DNA from: Deinococcales bacterium
GTDB taxonomy: Bacteria > Deinococcota > Deinococci > Deinococcales > JAAFIG01
NCBI GenBank assembly: GCA_043778225.1
Contig: JAYWGM010000004.1
Location: 1-55,421, forward strand
Reading direction: 5' to 3'
Length of the DNA: 55,421 nt
Part shown: one piece after another, positions 28,503 through 36,852 of the stretch
Position numbering within the stretch: the first letter of the stretch is position 1
Layout of the letters: each line of letters begins with the position of its first letter
Position numbers and translations under genes: made by a program
Notes under the pieces: generated by a model
Seen by the model: only the letters and a program-made list of their open reading frames with translations
Database searches by the model: none
What the model was told of the DNA's origin: nothing

Positions 28503-29354
28503 CTATTTGACTGCCCCTTCTAAGCCGCGCATAAATAAGCGCTGCGCTGCCACAAAGACAATCAAAACCGGAAGCATCATAATCATTGCGCCAGCCGCTA
28601 CATTGAATGAATCATGATTAAACTGCCCTTTGAGTTTGAGCATCGCCACCGATAATGGCTGCAAGTTATCCGCCCCAAGCAGTGCCACACTGGGCCAGAA
28701 ATACGAATTCCAAGTGTTGACCAAAGTAAAAATCCCAAGCGCGGTTAGGGCTGGGCGAGAGAGTGGAATCATGATACGCCACAAAATCTGAAACTCGGTT
28801 GCGCCATCTATTCGGGCTGCCTCGAGCAACGAGTCTGGCACTGCCATATAGGTCTGACGCATGATAAAAATTCCAAAAGCGGTGGCGATGGTTGGAATCA
28901 CCACGCCCCAATATGTGCCAAGTAAACCAATTTTATTTAAGGTTAAAACATTGACAATAAAGTTGGTCTCGCTGGGTAAAACCAAGGTTGCCAGCATTGC
29001 GCCAAAAATCAAGTCGCGCCCAACAAAACTCATTTTAGAAAGCGGATAAGCTGCCATTGCCGAAACCAGCAGTGTGCCAATAACAGTCAAGCCCGAAATT
29101 ACCAGCGAATTAAACAAATATTTCTCGAGTCCAAAAACACGGTAGACCTCGAGAAAATTATTAAAGGTGATGGCTTTAGGAAATAAGGATTGTGGAAAGT
29201 CAAAAATCGAAACGCCACTCACAACCGTTTTATCGGTGATACTGATTGCCAATGTCCAAAGAAACGGAAAAACCGCAAATAAACCAATCAATATCAGCAG
29301 TAAATAATTCAAGGCTTGATTGAAAATTTTAAGCGGCATGGCTCGAGTTTTCAT
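28503..29354 (-). CDS. Carbohydrate ABC transporter permease
   Basis: EAARIDGA loop and WNSYFWP motif. Confidence 0.93.
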   Translation of the reverse strand: MKTRAMPLKIFNQALNYLLLILIGLFAVFPFLWTLAISITDKTVVSGVSIFDFPQSLFPKAITFNNFLEVYRVFGLEKYLFNSLVISGLTVIGTLLVSAMAAYPLSKMSFVGRDLIFGAMLATLVLPSETNFIVNVLTLNKIGLLGTYWGVVIPTIATAFGIFIMRQTYMAVPDSLLEAARIDGATEFQILWRIMIPLSRPALTALGIFTLVNTWNSYFWPSVALLGADNLQPLSVAMLKLKGQFNHDSFNVAAGAMIMMLPVLIVFVAAQRLFMRGLEGAVK

Positions 29355-30262
29355 GTTTTTGCCTCACGCTTGGGTGGGTCTTCTCGAGTTATCCGAAAAT
29401 TGAGGTACGACAACCCAAAGCCGACAATCGCTAACAATAACCCCGCCGCACTGGCAACCCCATAATTAAAATCTAAGCCAAACGATTTTTGGTAGACATA
29501 CATTAAAACCGTGTAAGTGCTGTTTAAGGGTCCGCCATTGGTAAAAACCAGAATTTCCTCGAGAACCCGAATGGCAGCGAGGCTCGAGAGCAAACTGCAC
29601 AGTAAAATTGTTGGGCGCATGAGCGGCACAGTGATTTTCCAGAAGCGCTGCCACGCATTTGCCCCGTCCAAAAGCGCGGCTTCCTCGAGTTCAGATGGAA
29701 TACTTTGTAAGCCACCCAAGTACAAAACCATGTAGTAGCCAAAACCACGCCAGAATGTGACCAGCATAATTGCCCAGAGGGCGGTGTTCGGGTTGAGTAA
29801 CCAACCAAAAGTGCCGTTTGGGTCTATAATCTTAAAAAACTCGAGCAGATAATTTAGTAAGCCGTCGCGGGTGTAAACCCAGTCCCACATCACGGCGGCT
29901 AAGGTAATCGAAGTGATGACTGGAATATAATAAGCAGCCCGAAACAAGGCAATTCCGGGAATTTGCCGATTGACCAGCACTGCTATACCCAAACTGGCGA
30001 TTTGTAAAATTGGTACGATAATTAGGTATTTGAGGCTGTTGATTAAGCCAATACGGAAGAGTTCGTCGGAAATAACCGTTTTGAAGTTCTCGAGACCGAC
30101 CCATTTGGGTGGTGTGTTGCTGCCTAAATTGGCGGCGGTGTACTCGGTAAAACCAAGGTAAGAGCCGTACAAAACTGGATAAAAAGTAAAGACCGCCATC
30201 AGTGCCAAAGCTGGCAGCAGCAGTAAATAGGCGGTCAACGTGTTGGCGGATTTGGATTTCAT
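29351..30262 (-). CDS. Carbohydrate ABC transporter permease
   Basis: WVGLENF, EAALLDGA and TNGGP motifs. Confidence 0.93.
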   Translation of the reverse strand: MKSKSANTLTAYLLLLPALALMAVFTFYPVLYGSYLGFTEYTAANLGSNTPPKWVGLENFKTVISDELFRIGLINSLKYLIIVPILQIASLGIAVLVNRQIPGIALFRAAYYIPVITSITLAAVMWDWVYTRDGLLNYLLEFFKIIDPNGTFGWLLNPNTALWAIMLVTFWRGFGYYMVLYLGGLQSIPSELEEAALLDGANAWQRFWKITVPLMRPTILLCSLLSSLAAIRVLEEILVFTNGGPLNSTYTVLMYVYQKSFGLDFNYGVASAAGLLLAIVGFGLSYLNFRITREDPPKREAKT

Positions 30263-30291
30263 TTGTGGATTCTCGTTTTTATTTGGCTCGA

Positions 30292-30478
30292 GGTGTAGGG
30301 AAGTTCGTAGGGGCGACGGAGCTTGAGGCGACGGGGGTCGCCCTTTTGGCTATTGGGTGTAGGGAGTTCGTAGGAAAAACGTAAGCTCTATCTTGACCAC
30401 ATACGCGCACCTGACGGGCGTGTGGTCGCCTACAAACTCCCCCCGCCTGCGGCGACCCCCTCGAGTGAGGGGGTTTAA
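30292..30478. repeat. Intergenic cluster of REP-like hairpins (GTAG-type and CCCCCTC/GAGGGGG-type)
   Basis: GTAGGGGCGAC...GGGGTCGCCC; duplicated GGTGTAGGGA(A)GTTCGTAGG; stem GGGAGTTCGTAG/CTACAAACTCCC; CCCCCTC-GAGT-GAGGGGG. Confidence 0.8.
30391..30429 (+). mobile_element. Mini-element copy (intergenic)
   Basis: TCTTGACCACATACGCGCACCTGACGGGCGTGTGGTCGC. Differs from the nested purL copy core by one substitution and a 2-nt indel. Confidence 0.75.
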
Positions 30479-30492
30479 GAATTTGGCTTGAT

Positions 30493-31746
30493 TTATTTGG
30501 CGTTGGCGTTCCAAAAGGTTACGGCATCGTTTAGTGCTTGGCGGGCTGTTTTTGCACCTAAGAATGCGGCTTCGATGTTGTCGTTAAAGTTCTTATAGAC
30601 ATTATCGGTGTTCTTGGGTGGACTCCAGCCGGGCGTAATAAAGCGCCCCGTGCCACTGACTAAGGAAGTCGCCACATCGAGGGCATCGTTTGGATTGGCG
30701 GCTTTCAGGTCTGGGTCGGTCTCTGCGCCTTTGGTGGTTGGCACGATACCAGCCAGTTTGGCAAATTGGACTTGGGCTTTGTTGTTGGTCATAAACATCG
30801 CAAACAAAGCAGCTTCTTTTTGGTTTTTACCAGCTTTTGGAATCACCAAGCTCATGCTGCCGCCGGTTTGTACCCCACCCGCGCCAAGTGGGGCTGGAAC
30901 GACTTTGGTTTTGCTGTAGATGTCCTTGTTGGCATCCTTGACCCGCACAAGGGCTTGTGCGCCACCAACGATAAAGGCGCTCTTGCCTTGGCTGTAGTAT
31001 TCGTTGTTCAGTTGGAAGGCTTCTTTACGCAACAGGTCTTGCGGGATAAAGTCGCCTTTCATCAGGTCAATAAATTTTTGCAACAAAGCAGTGTGCTTGG
31101 CGGTGTTGAAAGCAGCCTTGCCGCCAGCAAAGAGTGGCAGTCCCTCGAGATAAAATTGCCCTAGGAAGCTCGCGCCGTTGGGGTCTTTAATCGGTGGCAA
31201 CCAACCATATGAACCGGTGCGTTGCTTGATGATTTTTGAAGCCGTCAAGAGTTCGGAAATGGTCTTGGGAACTTTTGAGATACCGGCTTTTTTCATGATT
31301 TCGGTGTTGTACGCCATCACCCCTTGGTCAGTCCAGCCATACCACGGGTAGCCATAGTTTTTGCCATCTATCACAAACATACTCAGGGTATTGTTCCAGA
31401 ACTGGGCTTGGAGTTGGCTCATCGTGGTCAGGTCGTTGATGGGTGCAAGCAGACCGTTTTGGGCGGCGGCGGCGGTTGCATCCTGCCATAAATTGACCAC
31501 ATCTGGGCTTTTGCCAAGGGCAATTGCAGCTTGGAGGTCGCGCTCCATGGTGTCTTGCTTATCTACCAATTTGACTTCGATGTTTGGATTGGCTTTCTGG
31601 AATTCGTTAATCACACCTTGTAGGTATGGGTCGAACTTTGGCGATAAATACCAAGACCAAAACTCGAGCGAGACTTTATTTTGAGCTAAGGCAGCCATGC
31701 CTAATGCACCAAAGGCACTTGCGAGTAAAATCCAACGCTTTTTCAT
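30493..31746 (-). CDS. Sugar ABC transporter substrate-binding protein
   Basis: Signal peptide MKKRWILL...ALA-Q, EFQKANPNIEV, PDVV and DGKNYGYPWY motifs; AGGAGG RBS before 31746. Confidence 0.92.
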   Translation of the reverse strand: MKKRWILLASAFGALGMAALAQNKVSLEFWSWYLSPKFDPYLQGVINEFQKANPNIEVKLVDKQDTMERDLQAAIALGKSPDVVNLWQDATAAAAQNGLLAPINDLTTMSQLQAQFWNNTLSMFVIDGKNYGYPWYGWTDQGVMAYNTEIMKKAGISKVPKTISELLTASKIIKQRTGSYGWLPPIKDPNGASFLGQFYLEGLPLFAGGKAAFNTAKHTALLQKFIDLMKGDFIPQDLLRKEAFQLNNEYYSQGKSAFIVGGAQALVRVKDANKDIYSKTKVVPAPLGAGGVQTGGSMSLVIPKAGKNQKEAALFAMFMTNNKAQVQFAKLAGIVPTTKGAETDPDLKAANPNDALDVATSLVSGTGRFITPGWSPPKNTDNVYKNFNDNIEAAFLGAKTARQALNDAVTFWNANAK

Positions 31747-31768
31747 ATATCCTCCTGCGACTCGAGCC

Positions 31769-32554
31769 CTATGGCTCGTTGTGGCTAATTGTTTGGACTT
31801 GCTCGAGTTGAACGCCAACCTCGGCTAAGTGGGTTGACCAACTTGGACTCAGGCGTTCGTCAGTAATGATGTGCTGTACACTCTGTAAACCAGCAATATG
31901 GTGTGGCGCAACCTGACCGAATTTGGTGGTGTCTGAAAGCATAAAACGCTGTGTGGCTCGAGTCAACATTTTGCGGTTAATCGAGGCTTCGCTGGTTTCG
32001 TAAGTCGTAAAACCGTGGTCTTGGTGAATCGCATTGGCGCTCATAAAAAGTTGGTCAAACCAGAGTCGGTCTAAAGTTTCTTCGGCATACATTCCGACCG
32101 TGGCGAGGTTTTCGGTGCGGATATGTCCGCCCACAAACAGCAATTGCACTTCGGGGACACCAAACAGTTCTTGGGCAGCCGCAAAACTGTTGGTGGTTAA
32201 ATTTAAGCGAATTGGGTGTAAGCGTAAACGCCGCGCCAATTGTAAGGCAGTGGTACTCGAGTCTAAAAAAATGCTGCTGTCGGGGCGCAAGTGCTTATAG
32301 GCAGCTTCGGCAATGGCACGTTTGTACGCCACCTGACGGTGTTCACGTTGCCGAAAACCAACTTCTACGCCGCTCGAGTCGGCTAGTTTTGCCCCGCCAT
32401 GGGTTCGCACCACCACACCGCCAGTCTCGAGTTTCTCGAGGTCACGGCGAATCGTGGCAAGCGAAGAACCCGTATGCCCAACCAGAGTCTGGACACTTGA
32501 GTGACCGTTCTGGTACAGGTATTGGCGAATTTTATCAAGTCGTTGCTCGAGCAT
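31769..32554 (-). CDS. DeoR/GlpR family transcriptional regulator
   Basis: HTH SLATIRRDLEKLE, RTHGGA, IFLDSSTT and SDTTKFG motifs. Confidence 0.93.
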   Translation of the reverse strand: MLEQRLDKIRQYLYQNGHSSVQTLVGHTGSSLATIRRDLEKLETGGVVVRTHGGAKLADSSGVEVGFRQREHRQVAYKRAIAEAAYKHLRPDSSIFLDSSTTALQLARRLRLHPIRLNLTTNSFAAAQELFGVPEVQLLFVGGHIRTENLATVGMYAEETLDRLWFDQLFMSANAIHQDHGFTTYETSEASINRKMLTRATQRFMLSDTTKFGQVAPHHIAGLQSVQHIITDERLSPSWSTHLAEVGVQLEQVQTISHNEP

Positions 32555-32728
32555 GAAATCCTTTGGTTCTCGGGGTTTGAATCCCGAAAACATGAAAAGC
32601 AATCAAATAATTTTACATTTCTATTTCTTTCAATCAAGATAACACATCAATCGCTCAAAAGCAATCAAAGTTTTGATAACTATTCTCGAGTTCATATTTT
32701 TTATACAAATGCTAAACTGGTACTTCTG

Positions 32729-34579
32729 ATGAAATCGGCACTGGAGCGAGTTGCTTTGCAATCTCAAAAAATTCAGCATACTGGCAAAGTATTTTGTGTG
32801 GCATTCAGCCCCGACGAAAATTTAGCAACAGGCGGCGAGGATGGCACTGTACGCCTCTGGAATTTACAAAATGGAACTGTCCGTATATTTCAAATTCGCA
32901 ATTCGCCAGAGCTTTATTGTGATGTATTAAGTATCGCGGTATCACCAGATGGTCGGTTTATTTTGGCTGGAACAAGCGATAACTTGGCATTTTTATACCC
33001 AACCTCAAACAAAAAACCTTGGTACTTAGCAACTTCACTGTCCCCAAAACGAGCGGTTGCTTTCAGCCCCGATGGAACTTTATTTGCGTTAGCTTGTGAA
33101 ATGACGGCTCAACGCCCTGGAATCATCGAAGTTTTTGAGACCAGCAGCCAAAAAAAACGGTGGCAATTGCTTCATTTACACCATGTCACCGCCTTGGCAT
33201 TTGATCCAACCCAAAAACGATTGGCTTCAGGTAGCCACGACAAAACGGTGCGAATTTGGGGCTTGGTCAGCGGTACACAACAGCACCAACTTGAATTGGC
33301 ATTTATCATCAATAGCCTCGCCTACAGTCCCGACGGAACAACCCTAGCGATTGCAGGTCAGTCCAGTGGTTTACAACTGCGCCATGCCTCGAGTTATCAA
33401 ATTATTCGGCTACTGAGTGTTGATGCAAATGCCATTTATCAGGTTAAATACAGTCCAAACAATCAATTTATTGGCGTGATTACCAGCCACAACAGCCTGC
33501 AAATTTGGGAAACGACCAATTACACCCAAGTGCTAGAGGTAGAAGCCACGACCTTTGATTTTTCGCCAAACAGCAAAACCATCGCCATCTCAAGCCCGGA
33601 CCGCAGCACTCGGATTTTAGAAATTACAACAGCCATTGTGCAGCAACAAAAAACCCTGCACTCGAGTTATATCAGCCGATTTGCCGTATCTCGAGATGGA
33701 ACAAAAGTAGTCACGGCAGGACATGACCACACCGCCCGAATTTGGGACAGCCAAAGCCAGCAAGAATTATCTATCCTCAATGGTCACACAGACAGCCTGT
33801 ACTGGGCTACTTTTAGCCCAGACGGGCAATTTATTGCCACCGCCAGCCGTGACCAAACAATCCGAATTTGGACGGTCAGCACTGGACTACAGCATTTACA
33901 AATTGAACATCCCTCGAGTGATGTAGCACAACACATCAGTTGCCTAACCTATAACTCGGATGGAACAACCCTTGTGAGTAGCAATGGCGACCTTTACTTT
34001 TGGAATCCTGCAACTGGCAAGCTTAACAGCCAAATCAACCAACTTGTGATTACAGGAATTGCTTTTCACCCAAATAGGAAGCAATTTTGGAGCTACTCCA
34101 GCCTAACAGGCTCGGTAAGATGCTGGGAAGTTGGCAGCCAAACACCTATTTGGTCAGCTAATTATTCAGGTCGCATCACCAGCTTGGGCATCAATCCAAC
34201 CGGTGACTTGTGCGCTTTAGGAACAAACAACAGCCTTATTATTTGCGACAGCGCAAACGGTCAAATCAGACAGCAACTCGAGCTACAAGGGCAAATTATT
34301 GGACTTCATTTTAGCCCAGACGCAAAATACTTAGCTGCCGCCACATTTGATGGGACAATCCAAGTCTGGGATACCACCGACCACAAAGTCCATTTGCGCT
34401 TCTATACGCCTTTTAATCCAGACTACACCATTTGTTTTAGCCCAGATGCAACCCGCCTTTACGCTGGCAGTTCTGATGGTGTCCGTATCTATGCCACACC
34501 AGAATATGCACCTGTGTTTCAAAACCCGAATTTTCTCGAGCAACTTTGGGATGAGCTAACAACAGATGAAAAGTTTTAA
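32729..34579 (+). CDS. WD40 repeat protein (probably two beta-propellers)
   Basis: Many VAFSPDG / LASGSHDKTVRIW / GHTDSLYWATFSPDG repeats. Confidence 0.9.
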   Translation: MKSALERVALQSQKIQHTGKVFCVAFSPDENLATGGEDGTVRLWNLQNGTVRIFQIRNSPELYCDVLSIAVSPDGRFILAGTSDNLAFLYPTSNKKPWYLATSLSPKRAVAFSPDGTLFALACEMTAQRPGIIEVFETSSQKKRWQLLHLHHVTALAFDPTQKRLASGSHDKTVRIWGLVSGTQQHQLELAFIINSLAYSPDGTTLAIAGQSSGLQLRHASSYQIIRLLSVDANAIYQVKYSPNNQFIGVITSHNSLQIWETTNYTQVLEVEATTFDFSPNSKTIAISSPDRSTRILEITTAIVQQQKTLHSSYISRFAVSRDGTKVVTAGHDHTARIWDSQSQQELSILNGHTDSLYWATFSPDGQFIATASRDQTIRIWTVSTGLQHLQIEHPSSDVAQHISCLTYNSDGTTLVSSNGDLYFWNPATGKLNSQINQLVITGIAFHPNRKQFWSYSSLTGSVRCWEVGSQTPIWSANYSGRITSLGINPTGDLCALGTNNSLIICDSANGQIRQQLELQGQIIGLHFSPDAKYLAAATFDGTIQVWDTTDHKVHLRFYTPFNPDYTICFSPDATRLYAGSSDGVRIYATPEYAPVFQNPNFLEQLWDELTTDEKF

Positions 34580-34611
34580 GGCATCAACACCGAAACCGCT
34601 TCGGGCAGCAC
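34574..34611 (-). repeat. Relic duplicate of the 3' end of the diacylglycerol kinase gene (direct repeat of 35643-35680)
   Basis: 36/38 nt identical. Translates EVQVLPEAVSVLMP* versus EIEVLPEAVSVFMP* in the intact gene. Confidence 0.88.
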
Positions 34612-34625
34612 TTGTACTTCTTGAT

Positions 34626-35051
34626 TCAACTTCGAGTATTCCCAAGTGATTTTATCCACCAACGAATACCACGCCCAGCAAAAAGTTCATCAGCAAAACG
34701 CGGAATGATATGTAGGTGCGCTATTGGCACGTGCTGCCCAGCAACAGGTAAGACGTTCCAACCGACATTAAATCCATTGGGGCGTAGTTCTGTCTCGAGT
34801 AAGGCTTTGGCTAGAAGCAGCAATTCATAACTGGCGTTCCATTCGTCTTGGGTTAAATCAAAAACCGTTTCACGCAGGGTTTTTGGGATAATCATACCGC
34901 CCGCTTCGGCTTCATGCTCGAGGTAAAAACAAGATTCATTCTCGAGCCGAATTTGCCCACGCATCAGGCTCGAGCCATAACGTAAACCATTTAATTCTGG
35001 GTTCTCGAGGTAATGTTGGTACTCGAATTGCTTTTTTTCAAGAATGCTCAT
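34626..35051 (-). CDS. HIT family protein
   Basis: IIPK...FDLT..EW and PNGFNVGWN...AGQHVPIAHLHIIPRF motifs. Confidence 0.85.
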   Translation of the reverse strand: MSILEKKQFEYQHYLENPELNGLRYGSSLMRGQIRLENESCFYLEHEAEAGGMIIPKTLRETVFDLTQDEWNASYELLLLAKALLETELRPNGFNVGWNVLPVAGQHVPIAHLHIIPRFADELFAGRGIRWWIKSLGNTRS

Positions 35052-35362
35052 TGAATGTAGTCATCCCAGAATGGCGTGTTTTGTCCCAATGGATAGATTA
35101 AGGTGATTAAAAGAAATTCGTCTCGGATAACATAAAGAATCCCATATGGAAAACGCTTAAATAAGCGCCTACGGACTCTTTTTCGGTAGCCGACTACAGG
35201 AGCAGATTCTGGAAATGTTAGCAGCTGACCGACCAACTCCGAGAGTTCTTGGCGGAAGGCTTCGGCTCGGTCTGGATTTCGGGCTTCAAGTTGCCATTCG
35301 ATTTCTAGGATTTTCTCAAGCGCCAATTCCGAGTAGACTTCATGAAGTAATTCGTTCGGCAC
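35048..35362 (-). CDS. RelE/ParE family toxin
   Basis: FPESAP and VRRRLFKRFPYGILY motifs; directly downstream of the antitoxin. Confidence 0.82.
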   Translation of the reverse strand: MPNELLHEVYSELALEKILEIEWQLEARNPDRAEAFRQELSELVGQLLTFPESAPVVGYRKRVRRRLFKRFPYGILYVIRDEFLLITLIYPLGQNTPFWDDYIQ

Positions 35363-35558
35363 GCCGTTTCCTTAGTTCATCTAAAGTAAAAGTTTTCATT
35401 TTTCCTAAGTCAATTAAATCCACAATTTGTTCGGCTTCTTCAACCCAAAAAGCCTCGAGTTCTATGTCTGTCAGTGTATGTTTAATATGGTTCATCAATG
35501 CCACTCGTTCTGGCACAGGTAACTTTTCCACCTGATGTTGTAATTCTAAGAAACTCAT
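35340..35558 (-). CDS. Addiction-module antitoxin
   Basis: LPVPERVAL...EAFWVEEAE...GKMK pattern; overlaps the toxin start. Confidence 0.8.
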   Translation of the reverse strand: MSFLELQHQVEKLPVPERVALMNHIKHTLTDIELEAFWVEEAEQIVDLIDLGKMKTFTLDELRKRRAERITS

Positions 35559-35644
35559 CGCAACATTGTGCCACGTTTTTATCTTTTTTTGAAGACTTGG
35601 TTCTATCATTAGGTCTGCTTGGTTTCTGGCAGAAAACACGGCTT

Positions 35645-36529
35645 TTAAGGCATAAAAACCGAAACCGCTTCGGGCAGCACCTCGATTTCAAAAACCCGTG
35701 CCGCCTCGAGCATTTCGCCGTCCACATGGGCTGGCATCGTATCGCGCCACTCGAGCCTGATTTTTTTGGCTTGGATAACTTTAACCTGAGGGTGTCCAAG
35801 GTGTTTACCTTGGGCTAATTTGGGCAGAATTCCAAGCGTCCCAAGCCGGTTAAAACGCCCGCCAATCACAATCTCGAGTAAACCATCCGAGCCGTTGCCA
35901 TTGGGGTTAATTTTTAAGCCACCACCATAGCCTTTTAAGTTCATGACCGCCACCAACAGCGCTGCGTCATCGTGAACCAAAATTTCGTCAGCAAAAACTT
36001 TGACTGGGCGCGGCTCGAGGGCGCTCAGTTCTTGAATAATCGCCATCAGGTAGCGCAGACTGCCGGGCAGATTTTTTGGCGTAGTCCTGACAGTTCTGGC
36101 AACTTGGGCATCAAAACCCGCCCCAAAACCATTCAAAAAACTGCGTTCGCCCATCCGCGCCGCATCAAACCAACGGCTACGCCCACGCACCACGACCTCG
36201 AGGGCTGCGCTCAGATTATTTAAGGGGATTCCAGTCGCCCTTGCAAAATCGTCGCCCGTACCAAGTGGAATAATTCCAATCGGGCGCTCAGTGCGGGTTT
36301 TTGTATCGAGTAAACCGCGAATCACTTCATGCAGCGTGCCATCGCCGCCAACCACCACAATTGGCTCGAGACTGGGCAGTGTTTGGGCTAACTGCATTGC
36401 CTCGCCAGCCGCATTGGTGATGTGCAGTTGTGTCTCGAGTGGCTGCTTTTGCAGTGCCTTTTGTAAATCTGGAATGGCTCGAGCCGCCCGCCCACCGCCG
36501 GCGGCTGGATTGACCACAAAATGTAGCAT
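35645..36529 (-). CDS. Diacylglycerol/lipid kinase family protein (YegS/BmrU)
   Basis: VVNPAAGGG, GGDGTLHE, IPLGTGDDFA, GFDA and VDGE motifs; leaderless TATACT-6nt-ATG at 36529. Confidence 0.92.
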   Translation of the reverse strand: MLHFVVNPAAGGGRAARAIPDLQKALQKQPLETQLHITNAAGEAMQLAQTLPSLEPIVVVGGDGTLHEVIRGLLDTKTRTERPIGIIPLGTGDDFARATGIPLNNLSAALEVVVRGRSRWFDAARMGERSFLNGFGAGFDAQVARTVRTTPKNLPGSLRYLMAIIQELSALEPRPVKVFADEILVHDDAALLVAVMNLKGYGGGLKINPNGNGSDGLLEIVIGGRFNRLGTLGILPKLAQGKHLGHPQVKVIQAKKIRLEWRDTMPAHVDGEMLEAARVFEIEVLPEAVSVFMP

Positions 36530-36629
36530 CCGTGCAGTATAGAGCAAATGCAGCATCGGTGTAGTACAGAGCAAATGCAGCATCGGTGTAGTACGAGCAA
36601 ATGCAGCATCGGTGTAGTACAGAACAAAT
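36514..36629. repeat. 27-bp tandem repeat (3 near-perfect units plus degenerate flanks) over the kinase start and promoter
   Basis: AGAGCAAATGCAGCATCGGTGTAGTAC at 36541 and 36568, and a 26-nt copy at 36595. Confidence 0.92.
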
Positions 36630-36645
36630 AAGGTAGAGTATAGCT

Positions 36646-36849
36646 ATGAAATTGACGATGCGCGAAAACGGCTCGATTTTGGTCGAAACCAGTGGCAGTT
36701 ACACCCTCAAAACTGCCGATGGCGAACAGTTGATCGAAAAAGAACGCTTTAGTTTATGCCGTTGTGGGCATAGCCAAAATAAGCCCTTTTGTGATGGCGC
36801 TCATAAGGCGGCTGGTTTTGTTGCTCCTGCCTCTGAAATTTTAATTTAA
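36646..36849 (+). CDS. CDGSH iron-sulfur domain protein
   Basis: LCRCGHSQNKPFCDGAH; leaderless TAGAGT-6nt-ATG. Confidence 0.93.
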   Translation: MKLTMRENGSILVETSGSYTLKTADGEQLIEKERFSLCRCGHSQNKPFCDGAHKAAGFVAPASEILI

Positions 36850-36852
36850 GCC

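Noticed and set aside
28503..31746. Sugar ABC operon lacking an ATPase (and metal ABC at 4330-5971 lacking a binding protein)
   Set aside because: Shared or distally encoded subunits are common, so this is not evidence of decay.
36541..36620. 27-bp repeats as a CRISPR array
   Set aside because: Units are directly adjacent with no unique spacers, and there are no cas genes nearby.
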